Of a DNA stretch of 64,000 nt, positions 17,984 to 28,034 are shown in pieces (the first letter of the stretch is position 1; each line of letters starts with the position of its first letter). The notes under the pieces were generated by a model. That model did no database searches. It was not told the origin of the DNA and saw nothing but the letters and a program-made list of their open reading frames with translations. Origin of the DNA: a virus; IMG/VR virus record IMGVR_UViG_3300020056_002227, positions 1-64,000 of that record. One strand, written 5' to 3'. Both the position numbers and the translations under genes were made by a program.

Positions 17984-18422
17984 ACGCTTCTAATCTTGCC
18001 ATCAGACGCTCGGCTCTGTTGCCGACCTGACGATACCAAATGCTGTCTCGACCTTCAGGTGCGGCACCTTTCCAATCATGCTCTCGCAGTTTGGTGTTGA
18101 AATTATTAAACTTGCTCAAACGTGGTCGTCCAAGATTGAACAACATGTTGACCAAGACCTCTTGTACTTCGCCGGGGAATCCTTCCCAGTCATCTCCGTA
18201 TAGAGTAACACATTCATCAATTGCGGTGTCAAGGTCACGTTCAAAGCACTCTCGTACTCTTTCTTCAGAGACAGGAGTTCCAACTTCTTGTCCATGTTCT
18301 GGGTCGGACTCGAGTACCAAGTGGCCCACTCCGAAAGTAGCATATCCAAGGTGATCTTCGTAGATTTCATATACTACGCCCTCGTCAATCTTTAATTGTT
18401 CGAATACTGCTTCTCTATTCAT
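17979..18422 (-). CDS. Lysozyme/endolysin (GH24, T4 e-like)
   Basis: EQLKIDEG..YEDHLGYATFGVGHL, NMLFNLG, SIWYRQVGNRA. Confidence 0.9.
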   Translation of the reverse strand: MNREAVFEQLKIDEGVVYEIYEDHLGYATFGVGHLVLESDPEHGQEVGTPVSEERVRECFERDLDTAIDECVTLYGDDWEGFPGEVQEVLVNMLFNLGRPRLSKFNNFNTKLREHDWKGAAPEGRDSIWYRQVGNRAERLMARLEAL

Positions 18423-19018
18423 TTATCTTCCTCTGAAAATTTCTTAAAGGACTGCATTGCCTTTTTCTTGTATTTTTTCTGAGCAGATTTGGACATATGA
18501 GTGCCGTCCATACCTGCAATTGATCCACCACCTACATTATTTGCAGGTGCATCTTCAGTTTTAGGTACGCAATTAGGAACCTCTTTACCGTTCTTCTTTT
18601 TCATACCTACTTGTTTGTGTGTGTCCCAGCACGGATCGCTATCATTTTCTTTGATATAATCATTATACCAAACAATGAATTCTTCCGAAGCCTCTTCTAG
18701 TTTCTCGTCAGAATAACTCTCATTCAACATATTTTCGTTTGAAAATGATTTATATTCTTTGATTAACCAGAGAGCAGCTGCATAAGTTCCAAGACGCGAA
18801 GATCCACCTGGCACCTTGGCCAAGAGCTTCTTAATGTTCAGGATCATCTGATCAAATACTCCGAACGCCTGTCGTTGGGCCTTCTTTGTAAATTTCTTTC
18901 TTTTGATCAGCACATTTCCTTTGTCGTCGATAATTCCTTGTTCGAAAGCTGGCCACTTATCGAAAGGAGTTACCAGTTTTCGAATGAATTGAAAGACTAG
19001 AAATAAATCTACGACCAT
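18419..19018 (-). CDS. Conserved virion/internal protein
   Basis: FIRKLVTPFDKWPAF..GIID; DPCW..VGMKKKNGKEVPNCVP module. Confidence 0.75.
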   Translation of the reverse strand: MVVDLFLVFQFIRKLVTPFDKWPAFEQGIIDDKGNVLIKRKKFTKKAQRQAFGVFDQMILNIKKLLAKVPGGSSRLGTYAAALWLIKEYKSFSNENMLNESYSDEKLEEASEEFIVWYNDYIKENDSDPCWDTHKQVGMKKKNGKEVPNCVPKTEDAPANNVGGGSIAGMDGTHMSKSAQKKYKKKAMQSFKKFSEEDK

Positions 19019-19019
19019 C

Positions 19020-19394
19020 TTAGATCCTTATCAATGTATCCAGTATACCTTGGTCGGATACAATGCTGTCTGTGTGTATTTGTAAATCTTCATACATCAC
19101 GATACTCGGCATATAATTCAGGTAGACCACGAATGGCTTTAAATACTCATGAAATTCTTGGAGCTTCATGAAAAGCATATTCGTGGCACTAGAACCAAAA
19201 ACATTGTATAAGACAATTAAATGATTCAGAATCAACCTTTCCTTTAATTCATTTTCGTATCTATATCGGCCAAAAAGTTTTCTGAGGTATTGAAATCGTT
19301 TCAAATCCTCTTCAAACTCTGACATCTCAGTACACTGAGGATTGTCATAGTGCTTCATAGCATACAGCAGAAAGGTTGATTCTGTCAAATTCAT
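19020..19394 (-). CDS. Conserved T4-like hypothetical protein
   Basis: FLLYAMKHYDNPQC..EF.EDL.RF.YL..LKERLILNH. Confidence 0.8.
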   Translation of the reverse strand: MNLTESTFLLYAMKHYDNPQCTEMSEFEEDLKRFQYLRKLFGRYRYENELKERLILNHLIVLYNVFGSSATNMLFMKLQEFHEYLKPFVVYLNYMPSIVMYEDLQIHTDSIVSDQGILDTLIRI

Positions 19395-19412
19395 AATGAA
19401 GAAAAATTAGGT

Positions 19413-19721
19413 TTAATCAGCAACAACAGCGTCGTCAGTGATTCCTGTCACACCAAGGTCACCAGCTTCAGCAGGAGTAACTTTGAATACACAAAGTGGC
19501 TCTGCCTTGTGGCGAACGTTGTTGTTCTGGTCTGTATAAGTGTGATACAGATTCCATCCTGGTGTTCCGAGTCCTTTTGCACGGTTAGATGCAACTCGGG
19601 CTTCGTCTACGTCGACCAACACTGCATTATCAATGTCATTGGACTTATTAGTATTATTGGCATCATCTTCCAGCCACTTTGGAGCACCTGCAAGATTATC
19701 CGTTTTTGCCCATAGTGCCAT
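19413..19721 (-). CDS. Probable virion structural protein
   Basis: MALW.KTD start; TPGW..Y.TYTD..RHK.E motif. Confidence 0.7.
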   Translation of the reverse strand: MALWAKTDNLAGAPKWLEDDANNTNKSNDIDNAVLVDVDEARVASNRAKGLGTPGWNLYHTYTDQNNNVRHKAEPLCVFKVTPAEAGDLGVTGITDDAVVAD

Positions 19722-19762
19722 TGTTATTCTCCTTTATGTACTTGGGTTTGGTTTACTACTTA

Positions 19763-19981
19763 TTATTCTTTTGCCGCAGCCTTAGGCTTACGACCACCCG
19801 TTGCTGCCTTTTTCTTTGGAGCCGCAGGCTTCTTCTTCGGTGCAGCCTTTTTCTTTGGTGCAGCCTTCTTCTTCGGTGCCGGAGCAGGCTCAGGTGCAGG
19901 CTCTGGCTCGGGGGTCTCTACCTTCATTGGTTGTTCACCAGAAGTAAGTTCCCACCATGTTTTCAACCACTTAAAAATCAT
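19763..19981 (-). CDS. Pro/Lys/Ala-rich histone-H1-like protein
   Basis: PEPAP repeats then four APKKK(A/P)A repeats. Confidence 0.7.
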   Translation of the reverse strand: MIFKWLKTWWELTSGEQPMKVETPEPEPAPEPAPAPKKKAAPKKKAAPKKKPAAPKKKAATGGRKPKAAAKE

Positions 19982-19992
19982 AATATAACTCC

Positions 19993-20763
19993 TTAATACT
20001 TTTTACTTGCTCTCAGGTTTTTGCCCATTTTCTTGAGCTTACTAGCGCTCATTGGTTCACGATCATCGTCACCACAAGAGCTCTCTTCCAAATCAACGTC
20101 TTCGACATTGTATTCTTTACCAGCAAACATGAATTTTGCATCGCCCTTTTCTTTTGCTTTCTTGGCAGCATACATGAATTGCTTTTTATCTTCTTTCTTT
20201 ATGGCCTTAGAGATCGCAGCTCTGCGCTTCTTCAGATATTTATCTGAATCATCCACATCACCATCATTATCGACGTCGTCGTCTTCCTTGCCAACAGCAT
20301 CCAGCTTTGCTTCGTCCATCTCATGGTAGCCTTTGTCATCACAATGCCCACAGCCTTCACCATCACATTTAGGACACTTTACCTTTTCTTCATTAACTTC
20401 CATAGCTTCTAAAATTTTACTGGAATCAGATCCTAACAATTTTTTCAAATCAAATCTTAAATCTGCAATAGGGTCATCACCATAAGTACGATTAGTTGCA
20501 GTCTTTTTACTATAAGACGCCCTATCTTCGTCGTCCATGTCATCCCAATCATCTACAGTATGAAAAAGAGAATTTAAGACCTCATAGTAGTCTTTTTCCT
20601 TTTTAGTACCCTTAAATTGTTTTTCCATTTTTTTTAATTCATCATGGGCCTTTTTCCATGAACCTTTACTCTTAATAGAGCTTTTATTAATAATGGCCTC
20701 ATCCAAATCGACATCCTCAAGAATGTTTTTGACCATAACATCAATTTTATCTTTGAAAGACAT
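19993..20763 (-). CDS. Modular charged internal/virion protein
   Basis: 256 aa; CPKC..GC.HC module; LDAVGKEDDDVDNDGDVDDSDKYLKKRR module. Confidence 0.7.
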   Translation of the reverse strand: MSFKDKIDVMVKNILEDVDLDEAIINKSSIKSKGSWKKAHDELKKMEKQFKGTKKEKDYYEVLNSLFHTVDDWDDMDDEDRASYSKKTATNRTYGDDPIADLRFDLKKLLGSDSSKILEAMEVNEEKVKCPKCDGEGCGHCDDKGYHEMDEAKLDAVGKEDDDVDNDGDVDDSDKYLKKRRAAISKAIKKEDKKQFMYAAKKAKEKGDAKFMFAGKEYNVEDVDLEESSCGDDDREPMSASKLKKMGKNLRASKKY

Positions 20764-20794
20764 TTTAACTATCTCCGTAATATATTATTTTGTT

Positions 20795-21067
20795 TTATTT
20801 ATCTCGTGATGTGATTCGAACAACCAGATTATCAGCACCTTTTAAGAGTCGATGGTATTCATTTGCCTTAATAAAAATTTGCATACCCGGTACTATTAGC
20901 CAAGGTAAACAATTTTCCCATTGGAATTGCCAGCCACCACCACTCAATACTTCTACATAACGGTCTTCATCATCTCTGTGCCATACATATTGAGAATCAT
21001 CTTCAGCGACGCTAAATGTTCTAACGTCTCCTTCGTCAACATATGGGTTACCACCAGTAATTTCCAC
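20795..21067 (-). CDS. Cupin-fold protein
   Basis: WHRD.EDR.VEVL.G.GWQFQ...YHRL.KG. Confidence 0.75.
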   Translation of the reverse strand: MEITGGNPYVDEGDVRTFSVAEDDSQYVWHRDDEDRYVEVLSGGGWQFQWENCLPWLIVPGMQIFIKANEYHRLLKGADNLVVRITSRDK

Positions 21068-21431
21068 CGCCCTTTAGCCCCAATTCTTTTGCATATTTTG
21101 GAAGTCTACATGCCCAATACCCAGAAGACATTTTATCTGTTTTCTGGTCACAATTGTGTCGAGCAGCAAATGATGCCGCGGCACCTCTATCGTTAATCTT
21201 TGAAGTCAGACCACCCTTTTCGTCACCAAATTCTATTCTTTTTATGTTACCGGTATCTGGGTTCTTTACATAAACCACATATTTCTTTTTACCGTCACTG
21301 CGCTTTGGTGAATTCAACTCGGGTTCTTTCTCTTCCTGAAACTCGATCATAGGACGCTCAAGAGGAACCGTGACACCTTCATAGATGCCAAATTCTGTCT
21401 TCAGTCCAGAATGTTGACCGAATGATTTCAT
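21048..21431 (-). CDS. Conserved hypothetical internal protein
   Basis: KKYVVYVKNP..FG...SFAARHNC..K..GYWAC. Confidence 0.75.
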   Translation of the reverse strand: MKSFGQHSGLKTEFGIYEGVTVPLERPMIEFQEEKEPELNSPKRSDGKKKYVVYVKNPDTGNIKRIEFGDEKGGLTSKINDRGAAASFAARHNCDQKTDKMSSGYWACRLPKYAKELGLKGGGNYWW

Positions 21432-21622
21432 CTAAATTTCTTTGCCAGTTGGCCTACAGAAATAGTTTCAAAATCACCGAATTCGTTGGTGATCTTAAAC
21501 TCAATGCTTCTATTAGACGGTATCATTTCAATCTTGTAGTTCTTACCGTCCTTACCTTGGACCATGCCTTTCTTACCAATACTTGGTGCTTTTGCCTCGG
21601 TAAATTCTCCAAAACTTTTCAT
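21428..21622 (-). CDS. Small protein with capsid-targeting-like N-terminus
   Basis: MKSFGEFTEA; ATGA overlaps at both ends. Confidence 0.7.
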   Translation of the reverse strand: MKSFGEFTEAKAPSIGKKGMVQGKDGKNYKIEMIPSNRSIEFKITNEFGDFETISVGQLAKKFR

Positions 21623-22995
21623 GTTTCCTTCCTATTCTTTTTCTGTTTAGCCAATATCTTCTTTTTGGTAGGTTCGTGTAGCATCATTGCTGGTTGAAAA
21701 CCCCGACCATCTTTCAGATCTTTGAATTCTTTAAATTTCTTTACTTTGCTATGCGGTGTATCTTTCTTGAGCTTTTCAGTTGCTTCAGGTGTACCTTCGA
21801 AGCCGGCACCATATTCTTCTTTTGCAAAACCTCGATAATTCAAAAGGTGTTTGGGCATTTTACCGGCTCTAACCATATCTTTGAATACCTTATCAAGTAC
21901 CCTTACATCAAGACCGTGAATCTTTGCTGTCTTTACCAGATTTCTCTCGGCATTGTGAGGGTCTTTCTTGCGAAGGTCTAAGAATGTTCGGACTGCCCTT
22001 TTGTAAATTGGCTTATTGACAGTTCTATCAAGCCACCGAAAAAGATCTGGCATCATAGATTTTAATATAGAGTCATCATCACCGAAAACTCTTTCATCTA
22101 ATTTACCACCAGCATCTACAAATGCTGCAACGGCCATTTGTTGTCTTTTCTTCTCGTCTTTACCTTTGAACTGAGGAGCATCTGATTTTTTGAAATCATC
22201 AATCCATGCACCTAGACCATCGGACACTTTTAACTTTTCTTCTAAAAAATCTTGGCCATTTTCTGTTACTGGGTTTTCATCGGCAAGTAGAGGATCTTGC
22301 TCTTCTTTGATGCCACGAGCCTGTTTTTCACTAGAGATCCATTTCTGTGCAGTTGCATTGTCAACAGCCTTATCGGTAAATTTTCTAGCATCTCTATAAG
22401 CACGAACAGTTTCTTTCTCGTAATCTTTACCCACGGAATTATCTACAACCAAGAAATTGGGTTTACCAAACATGGATTGGAATGCGCCAATATTCTGTTG
22501 TACTGCTTTCCAATAAGCAATAACCTCTTTGTCTGGCAGTGATCGAGGTCTTTGTCTGTTTCTTTCTAGGGCAGTCTCCATGTCTGTATTCACAAAGATC
22601 ATAGCGACATCATAACCCAGACTCTTCAATTTTTTGGATTGATTTAAAATTTTCTGAGGATCTTTACCAGTACCGTCAATTACCAGACCAAGACGACCTT
22701 TGATATATCGCTCTTGTTTCTTTGCAGTCAGGGCTTTTGCTTTGCCACGAATCTCTTGGCCCTTTGTGGAGAAAATTGTCTCTGGGTCCATAACAAGGCC
22801 TGCTTTTTGCATTGCAGACTCGAAAGCGTCATCCGAGTTTACAACCTTATAGCCCATAGAGGTGAGGCCAGTTTTTCCTACGATAAAGGATTTACCAGAA
22901 CCGGGGCCACCTGCTAAGAAAATGGCCTTAAAGATTGCTGGATCGTTAATACCTTCGTCAAGCGGAGATTCTAAGAATTGGGAAAAGTTTTTCAT
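21619..22995 (-). CDS. P-loop kinase (zeta-toxin/PNK-like) with C-terminal extensions
   Basis: FLAGGPGSGKS, VNSDD, LVIDGTG, ALERNRQRPR lid. Confidence 0.8.
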   Translation of the reverse strand: MKNFSQFLESPLDEGINDPAIFKAIFLAGGPGSGKSFIVGKTGLTSMGYKVVNSDDAFESAMQKAGLVMDPETIFSTKGQEIRGKAKALTAKKQERYIKGRLGLVIDGTGKDPQKILNQSKKLKSLGYDVAMIFVNTDMETALERNRQRPRSLPDKEVIAYWKAVQQNIGAFQSMFGKPNFLVVDNSVGKDYEKETVRAYRDARKFTDKAVDNATAQKWISSEKQARGIKEEQDPLLADENPVTENGQDFLEEKLKVSDGLGAWIDDFKKSDAPQFKGKDEKKRQQMAVAAFVDAGGKLDERVFGDDDSILKSMMPDLFRWLDRTVNKPIYKRAVRTFLDLRKKDPHNAERNLVKTAKIHGLDVRVLDKVFKDMVRAGKMPKHLLNYRGFAKEEYGAGFEGTPEATEKLKKDTPHSKVKKFKEFKDLKDGRGFQPAMMLHEPTKKKILAKQKKNRKET

Positions 22996-24999
22996 TTACT
23001 TACCTGAATGATCTGCCCATAGATCAGCATCTGCTGTTGTTCGAGTCTTACCACCTGTGGCAAAACTATTAACTCTTGCAAGACCCCATTGAACTGGAGT
23101 GGTACCAGGTCTGTGCCCTGTTCTCCAAGCTGCAACACCACGGTCGAATACCTTTTTCAGAATATCGTATGCAATGCCGGTCTTTGCAGCCTTGTCCTTG
23201 AGAGATTTTTCTGGGTTACTCTCAAAGATAAATTCTACATCTTCTGCGAGGTTCATAATCTCATCCATGATATCCATTTCGGACTCATTGACGACCTTAC
23301 CGAATTCAGCTGCTTGTTTGGCCCACTTTTCTTTCCAAGCCTTATAGACCTTAAAACGGTTGTCGAATTTAACGCCACCTTTCGCAGCCATTAACATATG
23401 AGGTCTTTTACGAACCTTTTGATCTCCACGACTTGCTTCGAGTAAATCACCTATACTATTTTCAGCGCTTACAACCCATACTCTACCACCATTTTGTTCG
23501 GCAACAGAAAGCATATCATCTTTCTCACCAAGTGCAATGATCTTACGATCTACTACATGTGCGTATGTTGTAGCATCTGCACCGACCGAAGATTCACCCA
23601 CCTTAATTGTTTTGGCTTCACCATACATTTGCTTGAATCTTTTAGTATATTTGGATGGCTTAGTTTTCGCCTCTTTGTCGCCAGGCGCCGGCGTATATGC
23701 TTTTGGGTTGTCGTCATCCATCTTTGCTTTACGAGCAAAATGTGCCTCGCGATCATCTTTCTTATTTTTAGCTACACCTGTGTAATATTTGGAAGACTCC
23801 TCAACATCGATCTTCTTCGACATTCTTTCTTTCTCTGCCTTTTTAACATCGGGCAACTTTTTCTTCACCATATTCTTAATTTTGGTAGCAGAGATTTTCT
23901 TAATCTTCTTTTCGATTGCTTGTTTCTGCGACATAGAAAGGTCGGCGTAGTTCTTACCCTTTGCAAACTTATCTTTTAGAGCATTCTTTACTTGTTTTTC
24001 TGCCCGACCTATGAGCTTTTCTTTAGACGCCTTTTTCTTCATTGATCTTGCTCGGGCCCGTGCAATCTTCTTAGCATGCTTCTTCATTACGATTGCGCGC
24101 TTTCTACGTTGAGCCATATCCATGACCTCATCCAAGGTCATTTCTTCGGAATCTAAGTTTTCCATAACATAAATGTCCTTTGTCTTAAAGTGTTTCTGTG
24201 CTTGCTTGGCAATATCAGATAATTTACCATTACCCGAAAATACTTCATCATCGGAAGGTTCACCCATAGCTTTAGTGGTAAAGAACCAACCACCACTACC
24301 AGAAGCCTTCTTGCCATGAGATCTCATATAGCGATCGTGTTTTACACCTTCGTTAATATCTTCGTCGATACCCATACCGTCCCTCACTGCATCGAATACC
24401 TGTTTTGCTTTTGATTGTAATTTTTTGGGAAGACCCTTTTTAAATGTATTGAGATCATTATCTGCCGCTAGTGCTCTCATCTTAGAGGCTGACATACCAG
24501 ATACGTCATCAGCATCTGGATCTCTTTCACCAGCAGACACGACCTCAATCGAATTAAATTTGTAATCTCGACCGTTATACTTATTCAATAAGGAATTGAA
24601 TTCACTCACACGATCAGATCCAACTACAAGAACCATATTCTTAAATTGCTTTGATAATTGAGCCGCAACTTGAATGATTGTCTTTGCTGTAGATTTTATA
24701 ACGATCTTGCCAAATGCTGCTTGAGCAAATTTGACTTTATCATCGTATGAAAGAGGATTTTTCTTCGGATCTGAAGAGTGGGATAAAAAGATCATGGGTG
24801 TTGCACCACGTTCTTTTGCAACCGAAGCAACCTTCTGGGCAAGTTTTTCATGGCCAGAGGTGACTGGATTCATTCTACCCCAAGACACGACGACCGTATC
24901 TTTCACGGCCTCGTCCAATACTGGCTTAGTGTTAATGAACTTTGAGGCATTAACGCCTTTTTCTTTGGAAACTTTCTTTTTCTTAGTCTTCGGTTCCAT
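22996..24999 (-). CDS. HIGH-superfamily nucleotidyl(cytidylyl)transferase polyprotein
   Basis: GRMNPVTSGHEKL, VVGSDRV, SAGERDPD, SASKMR; C-terminal RGVAAWRTGHRPG..WGLARVNSF module. Confidence 0.85.
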   Translation of the reverse strand: MEPKTKKKKVSKEKGVNASKFINTKPVLDEAVKDTVVVSWGRMNPVTSGHEKLAQKVASVAKERGATPMIFLSHSSDPKKNPLSYDDKVKFAQAAFGKIVIKSTAKTIIQVAAQLSKQFKNMVLVVGSDRVSEFNSLLNKYNGRDYKFNSIEVVSAGERDPDADDVSGMSASKMRALAADNDLNTFKKGLPKKLQSKAKQVFDAVRDGMGIDEDINEGVKHDRYMRSHGKKASGSGGWFFTTKAMGEPSDDEVFSGNGKLSDIAKQAQKHFKTKDIYVMENLDSEEMTLDEVMDMAQRRKRAIVMKKHAKKIARARARSMKKKASKEKLIGRAEKQVKNALKDKFAKGKNYADLSMSQKQAIEKKIKKISATKIKNMVKKKLPDVKKAEKERMSKKIDVEESSKYYTGVAKNKKDDREAHFARKAKMDDDNPKAYTPAPGDKEAKTKPSKYTKRFKQMYGEAKTIKVGESSVGADATTYAHVVDRKIIALGEKDDMLSVAEQNGGRVWVVSAENSIGDLLEASRGDQKVRKRPHMLMAAKGGVKFDNRFKVYKAWKEKWAKQAAEFGKVVNESEMDIMDEIMNLAEDVEFIFESNPEKSLKDKAAKTGIAYDILKKVFDRGVAAWRTGHRPGTTPVQWGLARVNSFATGGKTRTTADADLWADHSGK

Positions 25000-25039
25000 T
25001 CTTTCCCTAGACCTTATTAATAAAGTGATTTGACTCTAC

Positions 25040-25047
25040 TATTTATA
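25040..25047 (-). promoter_or_regulatory. T4-type late promoter
   Basis: TATAAATA 41 nt upstream of the ATG at 24999. Confidence 0.75.
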
Positions 25048-25054
25048 ATAAAAC

Positions 25055-25798
25055 TCATTTTCGGGAAGAATTGACTACTGGGTGGTGTCTAGCACCATCC
25101 CCAGTATAGTAATCACCGAAAGATGCAATCCAATTATAATTCATTACGGAGGAATTTTCCCATATGGTAGAATCACGAACCCAACCTATTGCGGGTAGTG
25201 GATCCATAATTGCCATCGGAACCTCTGTAAAATGTTTTCTACTGCCGAGGAAATACATATTGTCGATAGCAGACCTGACACCATATTTTTCAATTTCATT
25301 TAACATATCTTCTGCCGTATGCCAGGTTATTGCATATGCGTGAGCACCTTCATGACAATGAATTCTTCGTAGATATCTTGGTTTACCAGCGGCAACATGA
25401 TCGAATTTATCTGGATCTGGTGCCTTATAACCAAGAACAATAATCTCACCATTTCTGATAGGTACAGGTCTGGGGTCATGTAACATTAATGCATCGTGTT
25501 CAAGGATAACAGCACATTCTTTATTGTCGCGAATCTTTTTCCAAATCTTAGCATGACCAGCAGTACAATTCTGAGCTGCCTGTACGAAATTGGTTCGATT
25601 AATGTGTCTCTTTAAACCAATCGAATTCCATGCTGCATTTGGATCTACCTGATAGAATCCTTCAAAGTATTCCCACGGCAATCCTACTTCATCACAAGAA
25701 TCTGCGGCAGTCTTCGCATACGCATAAGATGTCTCAGTTGGAATTCTGAGAATATATGCTTTTTCAATTATACTGGTACCTCTATCTACTTCGCTCAT
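25055..25798 (-). CDS. Glycosyltransferase family 25-like
   Basis: C..GH..IW, VILEHDA, GAHAYAIT. Confidence 0.75.
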   Translation of the reverse strand: MSEVDRGTSIIEKAYILRIPTETSYAYAKTAADSCDEVGLPWEYFEGFYQVDPNAAWNSIGLKRHINRTNFVQAAQNCTAGHAKIWKKIRDNKECAVILEHDALMLHDPRPVPIRNGEIIVLGYKAPDPDKFDHVAAGKPRYLRRIHCHEGAHAYAITWHTAEDMLNEIEKYGVRSAIDNMYFLGSRKHFTEVPMAIMDPLPAIGWVRDSTIWENSSVMNYNWIASFGDYYTGDGARHHPVVNSSRK

Positions 25799-26466
25799 GA
25801 TAATTCCAACCCTGTTTCCAATTCAATAATTTTTTCGAAATCTTTTTCGTAGTATTTTCTTACAGCATCTAGTGTTTTCTGGTCATACCATTTATCAATC
25901 AAATTTACTTGTTGTGGTGTAAAACCAGATTTAAATTTTTGTAATGAATTCTGTGGTATCACATTATTCTGTTTTGCGAATGAATCAACATATCTATCTA
26001 ATTTATTATAGAGCCAATATTCACCGTAATCGTATCCATATACTCGTGGGTATTCTGTCTGAAGAATTTTATTTGATGGATCTGAAGCGTGGTACCCATT
26101 TTTAAATATAGACCTAAATTCTTCTATGCTGGGTGTTTCAACTCTCTTCAAAAAGAAGTACAGGCTCAATTGTCTCATTAACGGATCACGAATAACTGTT
26201 ATGATTCGCTTGCGTTCCAAATCCGTGGGTGGTAACATTCGATTCTGAACTAATTCTTCAAGAGTTAGGTGAATATACCGATACTTATCTGCGTATTTGT
26301 ATACGAGTTCTCTTGGTATGTTATTCATAGGCAGACCACAATCATTCACATCTGTCCATTTATCGCCCATATCACAAAAATTTCGTACAAAAAATTCTGC
26401 AAGGCTAGAGCTTGCGTTCTTAGGGACTCTCAAAAATACGAAATTATATTTTTCACATATTACCAT
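25795..26466 (-). CDS. Sulfotransferase (family 2-like)
   Basis: FLRVPKNASSS (5'-PSB), IRDP..R.LS.Y (3'-PB), YEKDF. Confidence 0.8.
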   Translation of the reverse strand: MVICEKYNFVFLRVPKNASSSLAEFFVRNFCDMGDKWTDVNDCGLPMNNIPRELVYKYADKYRYIHLTLEELVQNRMLPPTDLERKRIITVIRDPLMRQLSLYFFLKRVETPSIEEFRSIFKNGYHASDPSNKILQTEYPRVYGYDYGEYWLYNKLDRYVDSFAKQNNVIPQNSLQKFKSGFTPQQVNLIDKWYDQKTLDAVRKYYEKDFEKIIELETGLELS

Positions 26467-26468
26467 TA

Positions 26469-27020
26469 TCACCTCATCTTCGTCATAGAGGGCGACTGTA
26501 TGGCCCTCGTCATGCACGAATCACTATCAAATCGGACCTCACCAAAGAGATAGGTCTGCAATCCATTAATCTTATCAGTATTTTTATTTATCATGTCATT
26601 AAATGACAGCGTATATGTATCAGGCTGAATGGTCCATTTCAAAATTTCATCTAATTCTAATCTAGGCATTTTTCTGCCAGTGTGCTCATTCCAGCGATTA
26701 AAAGATTCCCGAATCTCAGCGGGATTTCTGATCAAAATAATCTTTTTAAATCCTTCTAATAAGGTATGACGATGTGTATTATAACCAACATGAGACACAG
26801 CAAAATGACCGTCTTTTACATAACCAATGGAATCTTTAAATTTAATCTTTCGTGTAAAAAGGCCGGGGTCTTTCTTTGCCTCTTCGATTCTGTTTGCACG
26901 ATATTTCTGAAAACTATTCGCATTTAAATGCATGTAACTCTGGACGATACCAAGTTCGACCAGAAGATTACTGCACAGATATGTTCCTGCCTTGGGCATG
27001 CTAATAATTATAGTCTTCAT
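26469..27020 (-). CDS. Sulfotransferase-like protein
   Basis: ISMPKAGTYL; LIRNP....S. Confidence 0.7.
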   Translation of the reverse strand: MKTIIISMPKAGTYLCSNLLVELGIVQSYMHLNANSFQKYRANRIEEAKKDPGLFTRKIKFKDSIGYVKDGHFAVSHVGYNTHRHTLLEGFKKIILIRNPAEIRESFNRWNEHTGRKMPRLELDEILKWTIQPDTYTLSFNDMINKNTDKINGLQTYLFGEVRFDSDSCMTRAIQSPSMTKMR

Positions 27021-27504
27021 GGTGTTCTATTATAATCCATTTATTCTGTATTGTCAACTCAGAATTCATCGGTGCGTGAATTGTTGTTGGTGTATCGATC
27101 AGTTGATTCCAGTATACCAACCACTCGTCATTAAGTTTTGCTTGTCGTGCTTGCTGAACCCAACCAGATTTATTAAAGACCCTATCAGTAGTTGAATCCC
27201 ATACATCCGAGAATAATAGGTCGAATCCGTACATATGGAACTCTGTATAACCAGAATTTCTCAAATGGTGATAAGCATTATGTCCGGTATTCCATGCGAC
27301 ATTGATGCCGTTCTTTTGAGACATGAATGGCTTTTCTAATATATGAAGTTTGGGATTACCTTGCAAGCGATTGATTACTTTCTTATCACTGGCAAAGATA
27401 ACATCAACGTCAAAATCTGTAATATTAAATCCAGCCTTGAACCCTTCAATATCTTCCGTATAGAATCGATTCGATGGTCCATTGCCTAATAGTATTGCCT
27501 TCAT
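27001..27504 (-). CDS. GNGPS-motif glycosyltransferase-like protein (sialyltransferase/Maf-type fold)
   Basis: ILLGNGPS, NTG..A, MYGFD. Confidence 0.6.
   Translation of the reverse strand: MKAILLGNGPSNRFYTEDIEGFKAGFNITDFDVDVIFASDKKVINRLQGNPKLHILEKPFMSQKNGINVAWNTGHNAYHHLRNSGYTEFHMYGFDLLFSDVWDSTTDRVFNKSGWVQQARQAKLNDEWLVYWNQLIDTPTTIHAPMNSELTIQNKWIIIEHHEDYNY
27029..27057 (-). promoter_or_regulatory. Internal sigma70-type promoter ahead of the sulfotransferases
   Basis: TTGACA-N17-TATAAT. Confidence 0.7.
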
Positions 27505-28034
27505 ACCAATAGATCATAGCCCGTTTTACGAATGCCCCGTCCAGTTGTTTTTACTACAGTCGGAATATTACCCCTGCGAGCATCGATAATTTTCACCCAT
27601 TCATCATGGTCTTTAAGAGTACAGTGAGCGTTTTCTCCATTGGGAAGAATTGCTTTTGCTGGTGCCGTTGCAATACTAAAATAGACCAATTTCTCTGCGT
27701 AACTAAAAATTTCATCGATGACACCATACACAAATTCTTCGGGTATGTGTTCTAATACATCGGTGTTGATAACGCAATCAAATTTACCAATCGGCTTTTT
27801 ATTCCATTCGTTTACACCCGGGTCATATTTCCAGAGTTGCTCAAGATTCCAGTATTGGTGAAGAAGGTGAGGAGCCTGATATTGGGTTCCATGACCGCAA
27901 CCATAATCAAGTAATGATCGACACTCAAATTTTTCTAGCATCTCTTTGATGTCATCCTTGCATCTTATTACCGGATCATTATTTTCATAACCGCCGTTGT
28001 CGTAAAATTGTCTATATTGGTCTAGGTATTTCAT
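27501..28034 (-). CDS. Class I SAM-dependent methyltransferase
   Basis: LLDYGCGHG, YDP, TDVLEHIP, GENAH. Confidence 0.85.
   Translation of the reverse strand: MKYLDQYRQFYDNGGYENNDPVIRCKDDIKEMLEKFECRSLLDYGCGHGTQYQAPHLLHQYWNLEQLWKYDPGVNEWNKKPIGKFDCVINTDVLEHIPEEFVYGVIDEIFSYAEKLVYFSIATAPAKAILPNGENAHCTLKDHDEWVKIIDARRGNIPTVVKTTGRGIRKTGYDLLV

Noticed and set aside
19800-19912. Short tandem DNA repeats as a possible CRISPR or ncRNA array
   Set aside because: Explained by PKKKAA/PEPAP coding repeats; no spacers. No CRISPR array was seen anywhere in the window
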